Source: Saprospiraceae bacterium
GTDB lineage: Bacteria; Bacteroidota; Bacteroidia; Chitinophagales; Saprospiraceae
Direction: 5' to 3'
Assembly (NCBI GenBank): GCA_023300835.1
Contig: JALZVB010000122.1
Location: 1-43,768 of the forward strand
Length of the DNA: 43,768 nt
Under the pieces are notes generated by a model. That model did not search any database and was not told the DNA's origin. It saw only the letters and a program-made list of their open reading frames with translations. Position numbers and translations under genes: made by a program. Below are positions 18,528 through 27,288 of the stretch, in pieces (within the stretch, counting starts at the first letter, position 1; each line of letters begins with the position of its first letter).

Positions 18528-19078
18528 ATGACTAACTACTTAGCATCCCTAATTTGTATCATATTCGCATTGCCTTTATCCTCACAAGGCTTAACTAACT
18601 ACGGTACATTTCCCGAATATAATAATAAGGGCTCATTCGGAACAAAAAAAATAACAACCGAAGGTTACTAGAAGAACATGTCGTTGTGAATTTTACAGTA
18701 GATAAAAACGATGACATTGTAGTGATAGGATTTAGACGTGATCTTAGCATTGAAAGTAAAAGAAGAAACTTCTATCTAAAAGTAACTTCTGATTGTAACA
18801 TAACTGATGTACAAGAAGAAAATATACCAGATGATAACTTGTCCGTATATCCAAATCCCGCTACTGGAATATTAAATGTTACACTACCTGAAAGCTATCA
18901 GAATGACATTATAAGTATATTATCCATTGATGGTAAATCAATTGAAGATGACATAAATGTTACTACTTCAGACCAGATAAAAATTGATATATTAAGTTAC
19001 GTACCAGGCTCATATTTACTCAAGCTCATTAGTAAAGAAGGAGTAATAAGGTATTTGAAATTCATTGTTGTTGAATAG
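18528..19078 (+). pseudogene. Small T9SS-secreted protein (signal peptide plus type-A C-terminal sorting domain) split into two frames at an A8 tract
   Basis: Frame A, 18528-18671, is not in the ORF track: MTNYLASLICIIFALPLSSQGLTNYGTFPEYNNKGSFGTKKITTEGY*, a clear signal peptide. Frame B is open from 18629 to 19078 and ends in a T9SS CTD (LSVYPNPATGILNVTLPE...GSYLLKLISKEGVIRYLKFIVVE). The two frames overlap across the A8 run at 18644-18651. Confidence 0.6.
18644..18651 (+). repeat. Homopolymeric A8 tract / A_AAA_AAA slippery heptamer at the frame junction
   Basis: The sequence GGA ACA AAA AAA ATA places A_AAA_AAA (18644-18650) in the X_XXY_YYZ register of the upstream frame. One extra A, or a -1 slip, reads ...GTKKNNNRRLLEEHVVVNFTVDK... 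into the CTD frame. Confidence 0.7.
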
Positions 19079-19140
19079 GCCTATGCGATTTTTAAGATAA
19101 AATTAGCCCTGACATTAATTTGTTGGGGCTCTTTACCTAC

Positions 19141-20313
19141 TTATGTTAACATCTTATAAACCTCATCATAAGCCAGCTTTATTTTATCATTTAGTACACT
19201 TGGTAATCGTACAGATTCTGATTTCTTGTATTCTAGTTTTGTCTGGTTGATTTGCTTCAAAAAACGTTTTAGTTCTTCTTCGGCATTTTCATCTTGTTTT
19301 ATCAACCAGGCACAGTCTTGATGATCTTGCCAGCTATCACAATGCTCTGAACCGAAAAACAAAACCAGTGATCCCTGATGGGCAGCACTAACCATCTTAG
19401 AAGGGACGCAGACATTTACCCATTCTTTGGACAGGGAAACAAGGTGTAGATCAATATGTCTCAGTTCACCTCTCGGTACAAAATCTAAGAGTTGTACATA
19501 GCTATTGTGTTCTGGTTTGAGATAAGATTTTATTTCGGGGGCTTTGGCACCATACACAACAAGAATCAAACGCTGTGTTTCTGGATCCATGTGATCAATC
19601 GTCCACTTAATGAATTCTGGCGAATGTGCTTCTCCTAGATTACCTATATAACCAAGATATATTTTGTCAACATCTTTTTTCCAGTTTGGAATGATGTCTG
19701 CTTCAAGATTCTTTAGTTGGTTTTTGAGAAAAACACCACATGGCAGAATTGCAGTTGGTAATGTCTTTCTGAATTTCTCTGATAAGTAAGTCGCTTGTAT
19801 ATCACCTAATGCGATCAAAGCATTGGGCGGCTTAGCATAAGTTTTTCTGAGTAAGTATTTATATATAAAGTTGTTATTAGAAACGAGATTGCTAGCTCTG
19901 AAAGCTTCTGGAAAAAGATCCATGCTCCAATAGAACCACGAAATTTTTCTGGCGTTAAGTAATTGACTTGCCCAATAATTAAGCAAAGCTGGATTGGTCA
20001 TGACGATGATCGTACCTTTATTTACAGCGATCGTTTTTTTTATGAGGCGATAGCCTTCAATGAAGTTACCTAGAAACCTAAGAATTTTATTATTGCCGTC
20101 ATAGATAGCGTTTACAACATGACATTCGCCTTGCGTTATACCTATTCCACCACCTCCACCATTATAGCTCGCATTAGTTGATACGATTTTTACATCAACC
20201 CCTTTGCTCATGAGATAGATAGCCAAGTCATTAGCTGCTTCTGCTATTACACTTTTATGAGGTGAATAATAGCGATTGACAATTGTTACGCTTCTAAGCC
20301 TCTCGTTTTCCAC
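19141..20313 (-). CDS. Glycosyltransferase (GT4-like, WcaI-type architecture)
   Basis: 390-aa ORF. It has an N-terminal VNRYYSP motif and a C-terminal [12 protein letters not shown], which resemble the NYSP and PSK motifs of WcaI-type GT4 enzymes. It overlaps the upstream epimerase gene by 28 nt. The assignment is by resemblance only. Confidence 0.6.
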   Translation of the reverse strand: MENERLRSVTIVNRYYSPHKSVIAEAANDLAIYLMSKGVDVKIVSTNASYNGGGGGIGITQGECHVVNAIYDGNNKILRFLGNFIEGYRLIKKTIAVNKGTIIVMTNPALLNYWASQLLNARKISWFYWSMDLFPEAFRASNLVSNNNFIYKYLLRKTYAKPPNALIALGDIQATYLSEKFRKTLPTAILPCGVFLKNQLKNLEADIIPNWKKDVDKIYLGYIGNLGEAHSPEFIKWTIDHMDPETQRLILVVYGAKAPEIKSYLKPEHNSYVQLLDFVPRGELRHIDLHLVSLSKEWVNVCVPSKMVSAAHQGSLVLFFGSEHCDSWQDHQDCAWLIKQDENAEEELKRFLKQINQTKLEYKKSESVRLPSVLNDKIKLAYDEVYKMLT

Positions 20314-21347
20314 GCTTGGTAAGTTTCTTGGAATATGTCTTGAATAGATTTAGAAATATCCCAGTTTGGATAATGGGCTTTCATTTTTCTTAAGTCAGAG
20401 TAATAACAGATATGATCTCCTATTCTGTTCTCTTCACTGTATTTATACTTCATAGGAATACCTGATATATCTTGTATCATATCAAATGCCTCTAGAATCG
20501 AACATGTATTAGCCTTACCACCGCCTAGGTTATAAACTTCTCCAGATCTAGGTGCATTGATAAATTCTTCTATAAATCTTGCGACATCATAAGAGTGGAT
20601 ATTATCTCGTACTTGCTTGCCTTTATAACCAAAGATCGTATACTCTCTTTCTATAAGGTTACACTTAATCAGGTAGCTCAGAAACCCATGCAATTCAACA
20701 CCAGTATGACTAGGTCCCGTCAGACAACCTCCTCTCAAGCAGGCTGTAGGCATTCCGAAATACCTTCCATACTCTTGTACAGAAATATCTGCAGCGACTT
20801 TACTAGAACCAAAAAGCGAATGCTTAGTCTGATCGATTCTAAATGTCTCAGGAATTCCATGCTCATATTGATCATCTTGGTAGTCGTATCTCTTTTCCAT
20901 TTCCACCATTGCGATCTCATTAGGTGCATCACCGTAGACTTTATTGGTAGATAGGTGTACAAATGGAACATCTGTAGAATATTGCCTGGTTGATTCGAGT
21001 AGGTTAAATGTGCCAACCGCATTGGTATCAAAATCATCAAAGGGAATATCCGCAGCTTTATCATGAGAAGGTTGCGCTGCTGTATGTACAATAGCGTCTG
21101 GTTTGAGTTGGCTTATAAGGTCAACAATTCCACTTCTATCACGAATGTCTAACTCATGATGTTCAAACCCTGTGATCGTTTTCTCTAATCGTGCCTGGTT
21201 CCATCTGGTATCACCTTGGTCACCAAAGAATACAGCTCTCTGGTTATTATCCAAACCATGTACTTCCCACCCATTGTTTGCAAAATGCGAACAAACTTCT
21301 GAACCTATAAGTCCTGAAGATCCGGTCACCAATATTTTCTTCATCAT
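20286..21347 (-). CDS. NAD-dependent epimerase/dehydratase (extended SDR, CDP-paratose 2-epimerase-like)
   Basis: 353-aa ORF with a Rossmann motif ([13 protein letters not shown]) and STNKVYGD. The active-site segment is [12 protein letters not shown], that is FxxxK where YxxxK is expected. Also has VRDNIHSYD. Confidence 0.85.
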   Translation of the reverse strand: MMKKILVTGSSGLIGSEVCSHFANNGWEVHGLDNNQRAVFFGDQGDTRWNQARLEKTITGFEHHELDIRDRSGIVDLISQLKPDAIVHTAAQPSHDKAADIPFDDFDTNAVGTFNLLESTRQYSTDVPFVHLSTNKVYGDAPNEIAMVEMEKRYDYQDDQYEHGIPETFRIDQTKHSLFGSSKVAADISVQEYGRYFGMPTACLRGGCLTGPSHTGVELHGFLSYLIKCNLIEREYTIFGYKGKQVRDNIHSYDVARFIEEFINAPRSGEVYNLGGGKANTCSILEAFDMIQDISGIPMKYKYSEENRIGDHICYYSDLRKMKAHYPNWDISKSIQDIFQETYQAWKTRGLEA

Positions 21348-21556
21348 TCTCTATTTCTAAACTTAATGCAAAAATATTTATAATATGTAAATAATTGACA
21401 TATAAGGGGTTGTTAACTTTTACTTCAATTAGATATTCGTTCAGAATATAGACAAAAGGCAGAAAACAACCTTTTTTACAAAGTTATCAATCAAATACTC
21501 TCTACTCCGATCATCTAAAAAACCTGTATTTTTAGCTTCTCTTAAAAAAAGCAATT

Positions 21557-22789
21557 ATGTATACAGTAAAAGATAGGTTTCTCAGATATGTAAAGATAGA
21601 TACCCAAGCAGATCCATATTCTGAAACAGTGCCATCGACAGCTAAGCAAATAGATCTATCAAAGGTATTGAGTGAGGAGTTAACAGAAATGGGCATTGCT
21701 CATGAACTTACTAAAGAAGGCTATGTATATGCCACAATCCCTTCTAACTCTTCTAAACCCAATGTACCTAAGATATTTTTCTGTAGTCATGTCGATACTG
21801 CTCATGATTGCAGTGGAACCAATGTGAAGCCTATTGTACATTCTAATTATCAAGGAGGAGATATCACTCTACCTGATGATAACGAACAAGTCATTACAGA
21901 AGCTAAGTTCCCAGAACTCAAGGATAAGTATGGACATGATATTATCACAGCAAGTGGATTAACATTATTGGGTGCAGATGATAAATCTGGTGTAGCAAGT
22001 ATCATGGATGCTGCTTATCAGTTAGTTAACAATCCTGATATCAAGCATGGGGACGTTAAGTTGTTTTTTACAGTAGATGAAGAAATAGGTAGAGGTGTAT
22101 TACATGCAGATCTGGATAAAATAGGTGCTGATTTCGGATATACCTTAGACAGTGGAAACATTGGATCATTTGAATATGAAAATTTCTCTGCCAATGCTTA
22201 CGAAATAAATATCTCAGGTGCCAGTGCTCATCCAGGTTATGCTAAAGGAAAAATGGAAAGTGCGCTCAAGATAGCGTCAGAAATTATTGCTAAAATTCCT
22301 AAGGATACATTGAGTCCTGAATCAACAACAGGCAAAGAAGGGTTTGTACATCCATACAAGCTTGATGCTAAAATGGAAGAGGCGACGATCTTGTTTATTA
22401 TCAGAGATTTTGATACAGCACAGCTTGCAAAACATGAAGCTCTATTAGAAAAAATAACAGAAGAGGTACTCAAAGATTTTCCTAATTCTAAAGCCACTTT
22501 CACATCCAAAGAGCAGTATCGTAACATGAAAGATGTTGTAGATAAGCACATGTATGTTGTTGACTATGCTGTAGACGCTATGAAAAATCTTGATCTACCA
22601 TATAAAATAGGTTCTATCCGTGGAGGTACCGATGGCTCAATATTATCACATAAAGGATTACCGTGCCCTAATCTATTTTCAGGACAGCATGGTATTCACT
22701 CCAAGTTAGAATGGACGACCGTACAAGAAATGCAAGCTGCCGTAGATACAGTTGTAGAAATCTGCAAAATAGCTGAAGCCAAAGCATAA
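21557..22789 (+). CDS. pepT: Peptidase T (tripeptide aminopeptidase, M20B)
   Basis: 410-aa ORF with the N-terminus MYTVKDRFLRYVKIDTQADPYSETVPST and motifs SHVDTA, LGADDKSG and FTVDEEIG, the M20 metal-ligand motifs typical of PepT. Confidence 0.9.
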   Translation: MYTVKDRFLRYVKIDTQADPYSETVPSTAKQIDLSKVLSEELTEMGIAHELTKEGYVYATIPSNSSKPNVPKIFFCSHVDTAHDCSGTNVKPIVHSNYQGGDITLPDDNEQVITEAKFPELKDKYGHDIITASGLTLLGADDKSGVASIMDAAYQLVNNPDIKHGDVKLFFTVDEEIGRGVLHADLDKIGADFGYTLDSGNIGSFEYENFSANAYEINISGASAHPGYAKGKMESALKIASEIIAKIPKDTLSPESTTGKEGFVHPYKLDAKMEEATILFIIRDFDTAQLAKHEALLEKITEEVLKDFPNSKATFTSKEQYRNMKDVVDKHMYVVDYAVDAMKNLDLPYKIGSIRGGTDGSILSHKGLPCPNLFSGQHGIHSKLEWTTVQEMQAAVDTVVEICKIAEAKA

Positions 22790-22798
22790 ATCAGCCTC

Positions 22799-23257
22799 AT
22801 GGAATTATTAAGAGTAGATTCTGATCATCCAGATTTTTTAGCATTGGTGATATGCTTAGATAAGGAACTGGCTATAAGTGATGGTGATGAGCATGACTTT
22901 TATAGTCAGTACAACCATCTTACACATATAAAACATGTCGTGATGGCATATATCAACGGTAAGCCAGTAGGTTGTGTAGCTATGAAAGAATTGGATCCCA
23001 AGAGAATGGAAATTAAGAGAATGTACACAGCGCTATCTTCCAGACGTAAAGGTGTGGCAACACAACTACTCAATGAAATAGAAGGTTGGGCTCTTGAATT
23101 GAATTATAAATCTTGTATACTCGAGACGGGCTACAAGCAACCAGATGCAATTGCACTCTATAAAAATAATAATTATAGAAAGATTTCTAATTATGATCAA
23201 TATGTAGGAGTCGAAAACAGCTACTGTTTTGAAAAAAAACTGACACCTCATTTATGA
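22799..23257 (+). CDS. GNAT family N-acetyltransferase
   Basis: 152-aa ORF with the acetyl-CoA binding segment RMYTALSSRRKGVATQLLNEIEGWA (Q/RxxGxG/A-like). Its stop overlaps the next start (ATGA at 23254-23257). Confidence 0.8.
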   Translation: MELLRVDSDHPDFLALVICLDKELAISDGDEHDFYSQYNHLTHIKHVVMAYINGKPVGCVAMKELDPKRMEIKRMYTALSSRRKGVATQLLNEIEGWALELNYKSCILETGYKQPDAIALYKNNNYRKISNYDQYVGVENSYCFEKKLTPHL

Positions 23258-24468
23258 AAGTAGCTGTCATAGGAGGTGGCGCCGCGGGGTTTTTTGCAGC
23301 GCTTAACGCAAAAAAGAATCACCCTAAAGCTAATGTTGTTATTTTAGAAAAATCGCAAAAGCTGCTTTCCAAAGTTAAAATTTCCGGTGGTGGCAGATGT
23401 AATGTAACTAATGGTACACATTCTATAGCTGAGTTATCGAGAGCCTACCCACGAGGAGAAAAAAAGCTTAAAAAAGCCTTTAACACCTTTAGTAACCAAG
23501 ATACGATTAAGTGGTTTGAATCAAGAGGCGTTCCATTGATGACACAACCAGACAACTGTGTTTTCCCAGTATCTCAGAGTTCACAATCGATTATAGATTG
23601 TTTTCTTAAAGAAGCCAAAGAACTAAATGTCAAAATCCATATGGGTACTGGCGTTAAGAAAATTTCTGTCAACGGAGACAAGCTTGATTTGATATATATC
23701 AAGGAGAGTAAATTAGGCACTTCCTATGATAAGGTTATTATAGCCACAGGAGGTTCACCTAAGAGATCAGGTCTTACTTGGTTAGAAGATTTGGGTCATA
23801 AAATAGTAGATCCCGTTCCGTCGCTTTTTACCTTCAATATGCCTAAGGAATCTATAACAGAACTAATGGGAATTGTTGTAGAGGATGCTTGGGCAAAAAT
23901 ACAAGGAACTAAAATTACTTCGTCAGGACCACTACTTATTACCCATTGGGGAATGAGCGGTCCGGCTATTCTCAAGTTATCAGCAATAGGGGCAAGGATA
24001 CTGAGTAATTGCGACTATGATTTCAAAATACAAGTCAATTGGGTACACCAACAGAATACTGAAATTGTCCTAGAGACACTAAAAGAAATTGTAAAAGAGC
24101 ATCCACAGAAACTGCTGAGCAATTATAGACCATATGCGTTACCAGAACGCCTATGGCATTTTCTACTGAAGAAAAGTAACTTGGCTGAAAACAAGATCTG
24201 GATAGATCTAGGCAATTCAGGCTTAAATAAACTGACGACATTATTAACGAATGATGTGTACAATGTAAAAGGAAAAACGACATTCAAAGAAGAGTTTGTA
24301 ACTTGCGGAGGTGTAAGTCTAGAAAGTATTGACTTCAAAACAATGGCTAGTAGGGTGCATAAGAATATCTATTTTGCTGGAGAAGTTATGGATCTAGATG
24401 GCATTACAGGAGGGTATAATTTTCAATCGGCTTGGACAACAGCATATATTGCTGGCAAGCTTTTATAA
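23254..24468 (+). CDS. NAD(P)/FAD-dependent oxidoreductase of the HI0933/BaiN-like family
   Basis: 404-aa ORF with the dinucleotide-binding motif VAVIGGGAAGFFAA, then KISGGGRCNVTN, and a C-terminal GEVMDLDGITGGYNFQ. These are characteristic of the family. Confidence 0.85.
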   Translation: MKVAVIGGGAAGFFAALNAKKNHPKANVVILEKSQKLLSKVKISGGGRCNVTNGTHSIAELSRAYPRGEKKLKKAFNTFSNQDTIKWFESRGVPLMTQPDNCVFPVSQSSQSIIDCFLKEAKELNVKIHMGTGVKKISVNGDKLDLIYIKESKLGTSYDKVIIATGGSPKRSGLTWLEDLGHKIVDPVPSLFTFNMPKESITELMGIVVEDAWAKIQGTKITSSGPLLITHWGMSGPAILKLSAIGARILSNCDYDFKIQVNWVHQQNTEIVLETLKEIVKEHPQKLLSNYRPYALPERLWHFLLKKSNLAENKIWIDLGNSGLNKLTTLLTNDVYNVKGKTTFKEEFVTCGGVSLESIDFKTMASRVHKNIYFAGEVMDLDGITGGYNFQSAWTTAYIAGKLL

Positions 24469-24483
24469 CTTAATAAAGAATCA

Positions 24484-24867
24484 ATGAATAGTAGCAAAAT
24501 AGCAAAGATCGGGTATTGGGTTTCAACAGCAATTATGTGTGGCATTTTTGCCTTTTCAGCAAGTATGTACTTTACTAAAACAGAAATGGTAGAAGGATTT
24601 TTTGATATGCTAGGTTATCCTTCATATATCGTTATTCCATTGGCTATTGCCAAAGTCTTTGGAGTTATTGCAGTTCTTACTAACGCATCTAAATTACTTG
24701 CTGAGTGGGCTTATGCTGGATTTCTTATTGATGCCGTATTAGCATTAGTGGCACATTATATGGTTCAAGGCGGCGGATATGAGATGTCTGGGCTTGCTAT
24801 ATTTGCAATACTTGTTTCTCGTTATTTCTATGGTAAATTGAACAGAAGGAGCCATGCCACTCATTGA
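24484..24867 (+). CDS. DoxX-like small integral membrane protein
   Basis: 127-aa ORF with four predicted hydrophobic helices. Its size and pattern (KIGYWVSTAIM...LAIAKVFGVIAVL...) resemble DoxX-like proteins. The evidence is weaker than for the neighbouring genes. Confidence 0.55.
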   Translation: MNSSKIAKIGYWVSTAIMCGIFAFSASMYFTKTEMVEGFFDMLGYPSYIVIPLAIAKVFGVIAVLTNASKLLAEWAYAGFLIDAVLALVAHYMVQGGGYEMSGLAIFAILVSRYFYGKLNRRSHATH

Positions 24868-25495
24868 TACAATTATTATAGACCATAATACCCGCATAGG
24901 AATATGGGAAAATACGGAGAGTGATTATTACTTTCTTAATGCACTTAAACTCAATGAGCAGGAGAAAGCTCGCTACTCTGAGATGAAACTACATCGTCAG
25001 AGAGAATGGCTGTCTAGCAGATATCTATTACACGTATTGACAGGAGAAGCTACACGTTCTATGGTCATCAAGGATAGTGATGGTAAGCCAGCGCTAGAAG
25101 GCTCGACACAACATATTTCTATCTCTCATTCCAAAAACAGAGTAGCTGTTCTCATCTCTGACAGACGTTGTGGGATTGACATACAACAAGAGCAAGATAA
25201 AATCAATCGGATACAGCATAAGTTTATTACCGATCATGAACATGAAGCCATAGAATCCCATAATAGCTCTAATTACTACCATATATTTTGGGGAGCCAAA
25301 GAGAGTATGTACAAGGCTTACGGTCTTAGAGAATTAGACTTTAAGAAGCATTTATACTTGTATCCTTTTAAGTATTTTCAAGATAAAATAGAATGTGTTG
25401 GATGGGTACGAAAAGATGGTATTGAACAAGACTATACGATCTATACTGATAAGTATGATGATTACTTCCTTGTTTATTGCCTATTGTCTGAATGA
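24854..25495 (+). CDS. 4'-phosphopantetheinyl transferase (Sfp-type)
   Basis: 213-aa ORF overlapping DoxX by 14 nt. Motifs: SISHSKNRVAV, CGIDIQ and FWGAKESMYKAYG (W/FxxKEs/axxK). Confidence 0.8.
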   Translation: MPLIDTIIIDHNTRIGIWENTESDYYFLNALKLNEQEKARYSEMKLHRQREWLSSRYLLHVLTGEATRSMVIKDSDGKPALEGSTQHISISHSKNRVAVLISDRRCGIDIQQEQDKINRIQHKFITDHEHEAIESHNSSNYYHIFWGAKESMYKAYGLRELDFKKHLYLYPFKYFQDKIECVGWVRKDGIEQDYTIYTDKYDDYFLVYCLLSE

Positions 25496-25839
25496 TACTG
25501 TAGTTTATAACCCTTCCTTAAAGCTCTCAGCTCCTTTTCAAGTCTATTATCTTTAGCACCGCATTGTTTTTTGCCCTACTACCTATAGGCCTTCGTCTTG
25601 GTTATCCACCTAGAGAATCAATTTATTACAGGTTTAAGAATGAAACTTTCTTAGAAAAAGTGAATTTCACAATGTTTTTTAGAAAAACTTTGTCCCATTT
25701 TTGACAAATGACGGTTTAAATAGAGAGGGGGGTTACTTGAACGCGATTGGGATTATTTTGAAGTAGAAATATGTCAAAACATGAAAAATAGCTTCTATTC
25801 CTTATTTTAGTCATTTACATCAAAACAAAATTAAAAACT

Positions 25840-26460
25840 ATGAACAAGTACGTTGTTGAGTTTATTGGTACGTTCTTTCTGGTTTTAGCAGTAGAATGAA
25901 CTGTTAATTCTGATTTTGGCAGTGCATTCCAACCTATTGCTATAGGCTCAATGCTTATGGTCATGATTTTTGCTGGAGGCCATATTTCTGGCGTTCATTT
26001 TAACCCTGCTGTTACACTTGGCGTATTCTTAAGAGGAAAATGTGCAGCCTCAGATGTGCCAGGATATGTTATCGCTCAATTACTAGGTGGCGCATTAGCT
26101 GCTTTTATTGGAGGATCTATATTAGGTAAAGTACCTGCCGCAGCAGCTTCTGATATGAATATGATGCAAGGTGGGGTTGCAGAATTTCTTGGAACATTTG
26201 CTTTAGTACGGGTTATCCTTAACACAGCTACAGCTAAAAGTAATGCTGAAAACTCTTTCTATGGATTAGCTATAGGTTTTACGGTTACAGCTTGTGCATA
26301 TACGCTATGCGGATTTGGATCAGGAGGATGCTTTAATTCAGCAGTTGCTTTGGGTACATTTATGAATGGCCTTAATACTGGAACTAATATGGCACCTATC
26401 ATCATAGCTGACTTGCTAGGAGGTGCAGCAGCTGCATTAGCTTTCAAAAGCATTATATAA
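25840..26460 (+). pseudogene. MIP/aquaporin-family channel interrupted by one in-frame TGA at codon 20
   Basis: The ATG at 25840 gives MNKYVVEFIGTFFLVLAVE*TVNSDFG.... This continues in the same frame into the track ORF 25951..26460 (both coordinates are 1 mod 3). The first NPA box is intact (HFNPAVTLG). The second reads GGCFNSAVALG (NSA). TGA is used as an ordinary stop by at least three nearby genes. Confidence 0.7.
25897..25899 (+). other. In-frame TGA within the MIP channel reading frame
   Basis: GTA GAA TGA ACT, read directly from the sequence. It falls in predicted TM1, where I recall related channels carrying a small residue followed by Cys (Gly-Cys). Confidence 0.8.
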
Positions 26461-26534
26461 TAGTCAAGGCGCTGATGACTAATCTAGGAACTGATTAATA
26501 TCAGCTTTCGCATTGGAAAAATATAAATAAGGAT

Positions 26535-26565
26535 CTTCTAAGTATTTAGAAGGTCTTTTTTTTTT
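26535..26565 (+). terminator. Rho-independent terminator after the MIP gene
   Basis: CTTCTAA-GTAT-TTAGAAG forms a 7-bp stem (26535-26552), followed after GTC by a T10 run (26556-26565). Confidence 0.7.
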
Positions 26566-26691
26566 ATTCTTTAAGGAAGCTAGCTGATCGTGAAATACTA
26601 TTGTGGAGATTAGTTTGGATAATACAATGCCTTGGCACTCATAGACCTCAATAGGTCAAATGGAATAAGGTCTGTTTTAAAATATTGTAGC

Positions 26692-27192
26692 TTATCTCAT
26701 AACCTTCACAAAGGCTTTGAGAAAAAGATTAGATTCTGACTTGAGTAATTTGTCGAGAGAGTTATCGGCGGCAGATGAGATAACAGATAAGTCTTTTATT
26801 ACTTTACTAAATTCTTGAGACTCCTCACAGTTGGGCTTTACAGTGGATATTTTCTGTAACATTTCTAACATTGGGTTGAGTTCTTTCTTTTTTCTCTTCT
26901 CCAATGTTTTTCTAAAAACTCTCCAGAAATCCTTTTCTGCAACAAAGTAATCTTTCCTGTCTCCACGTATGGACTTACGATACACAAGACCCCAGTCTAA
27001 AAGGGCTCTTAGGTTCATGTTTGCATTTCCTCTTGAGATCTCCAGCTGCGCAATAATATTGTCTGCTGACAGCGCTTCAGGGCTGACCAACAACAAGGCG
27101 TGGATGTGTCCCATTGTACGACATATGCCCCAGTTACAACCCAGCTCTCCCCAGGTTACAATAAATTCACGCTTTGCTTCTGAAAACTCCAT
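26692..27192 (-). CDS. GbsR/MarR-family winged-helix transcriptional regulator
   Basis: 166-aa ORF. The N-terminal pattern FIVTWGELGCNWGICRTMGHIHALLLVSPEALSADNIIAQLEISRGNANMNLRALLDWGLV is typical of COG1510/GbsR-like regulators. Confidence 0.7.
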   Translation of the reverse strand: MEFSEAKREFIVTWGELGCNWGICRTMGHIHALLLVSPEALSADNIIAQLEISRGNANMNLRALLDWGLVYRKSIRGDRKDYFVAEKDFWRVFRKTLEKRKKKELNPMLEMLQKISTVKPNCEESQEFSKVIKDLSVISSAADNSLDKLLKSESNLFLKAFVKVMR

Positions 27193-27288
27193 AGTGATAT
27201 CTCAAATAGAAATTCTGTACGTTTTGTTTAAAAACATGAGTGATTTAGATCGATTCTACATAAGAAAAGCGGTACAAACGTCAGACTA

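Noticed and set aside
25897-25923. Selenocysteine recoding of the in-frame TGA in the MIP gene; an 8-bp stem-loop (25900-25923, two G-U pairs) starts 1 nt after the TGA
   Set aside because: The stem is weak and AT-rich with no resemblance to known bacterial SECIS apical loops. No selenoprotein aquaporin is known to me. The same gene carries a second lesion (NPA to NSA), and no sel genes are in the window. A pseudogene is the more economical reading.
27214-27285. Imperfect inverted repeat TCTGTACGTTT (27214-27224) / AAACGTCAGA (27276-27285) between the PPIase and GbsR/MarR genes, considered as a possible operator or long hairpin
   Set aside because: The arms are 10 nt with a bulge and are about 50 nt apart. 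That is too weak and too widely spaced to distinguish from chance in AT-rich intergenic DNA.
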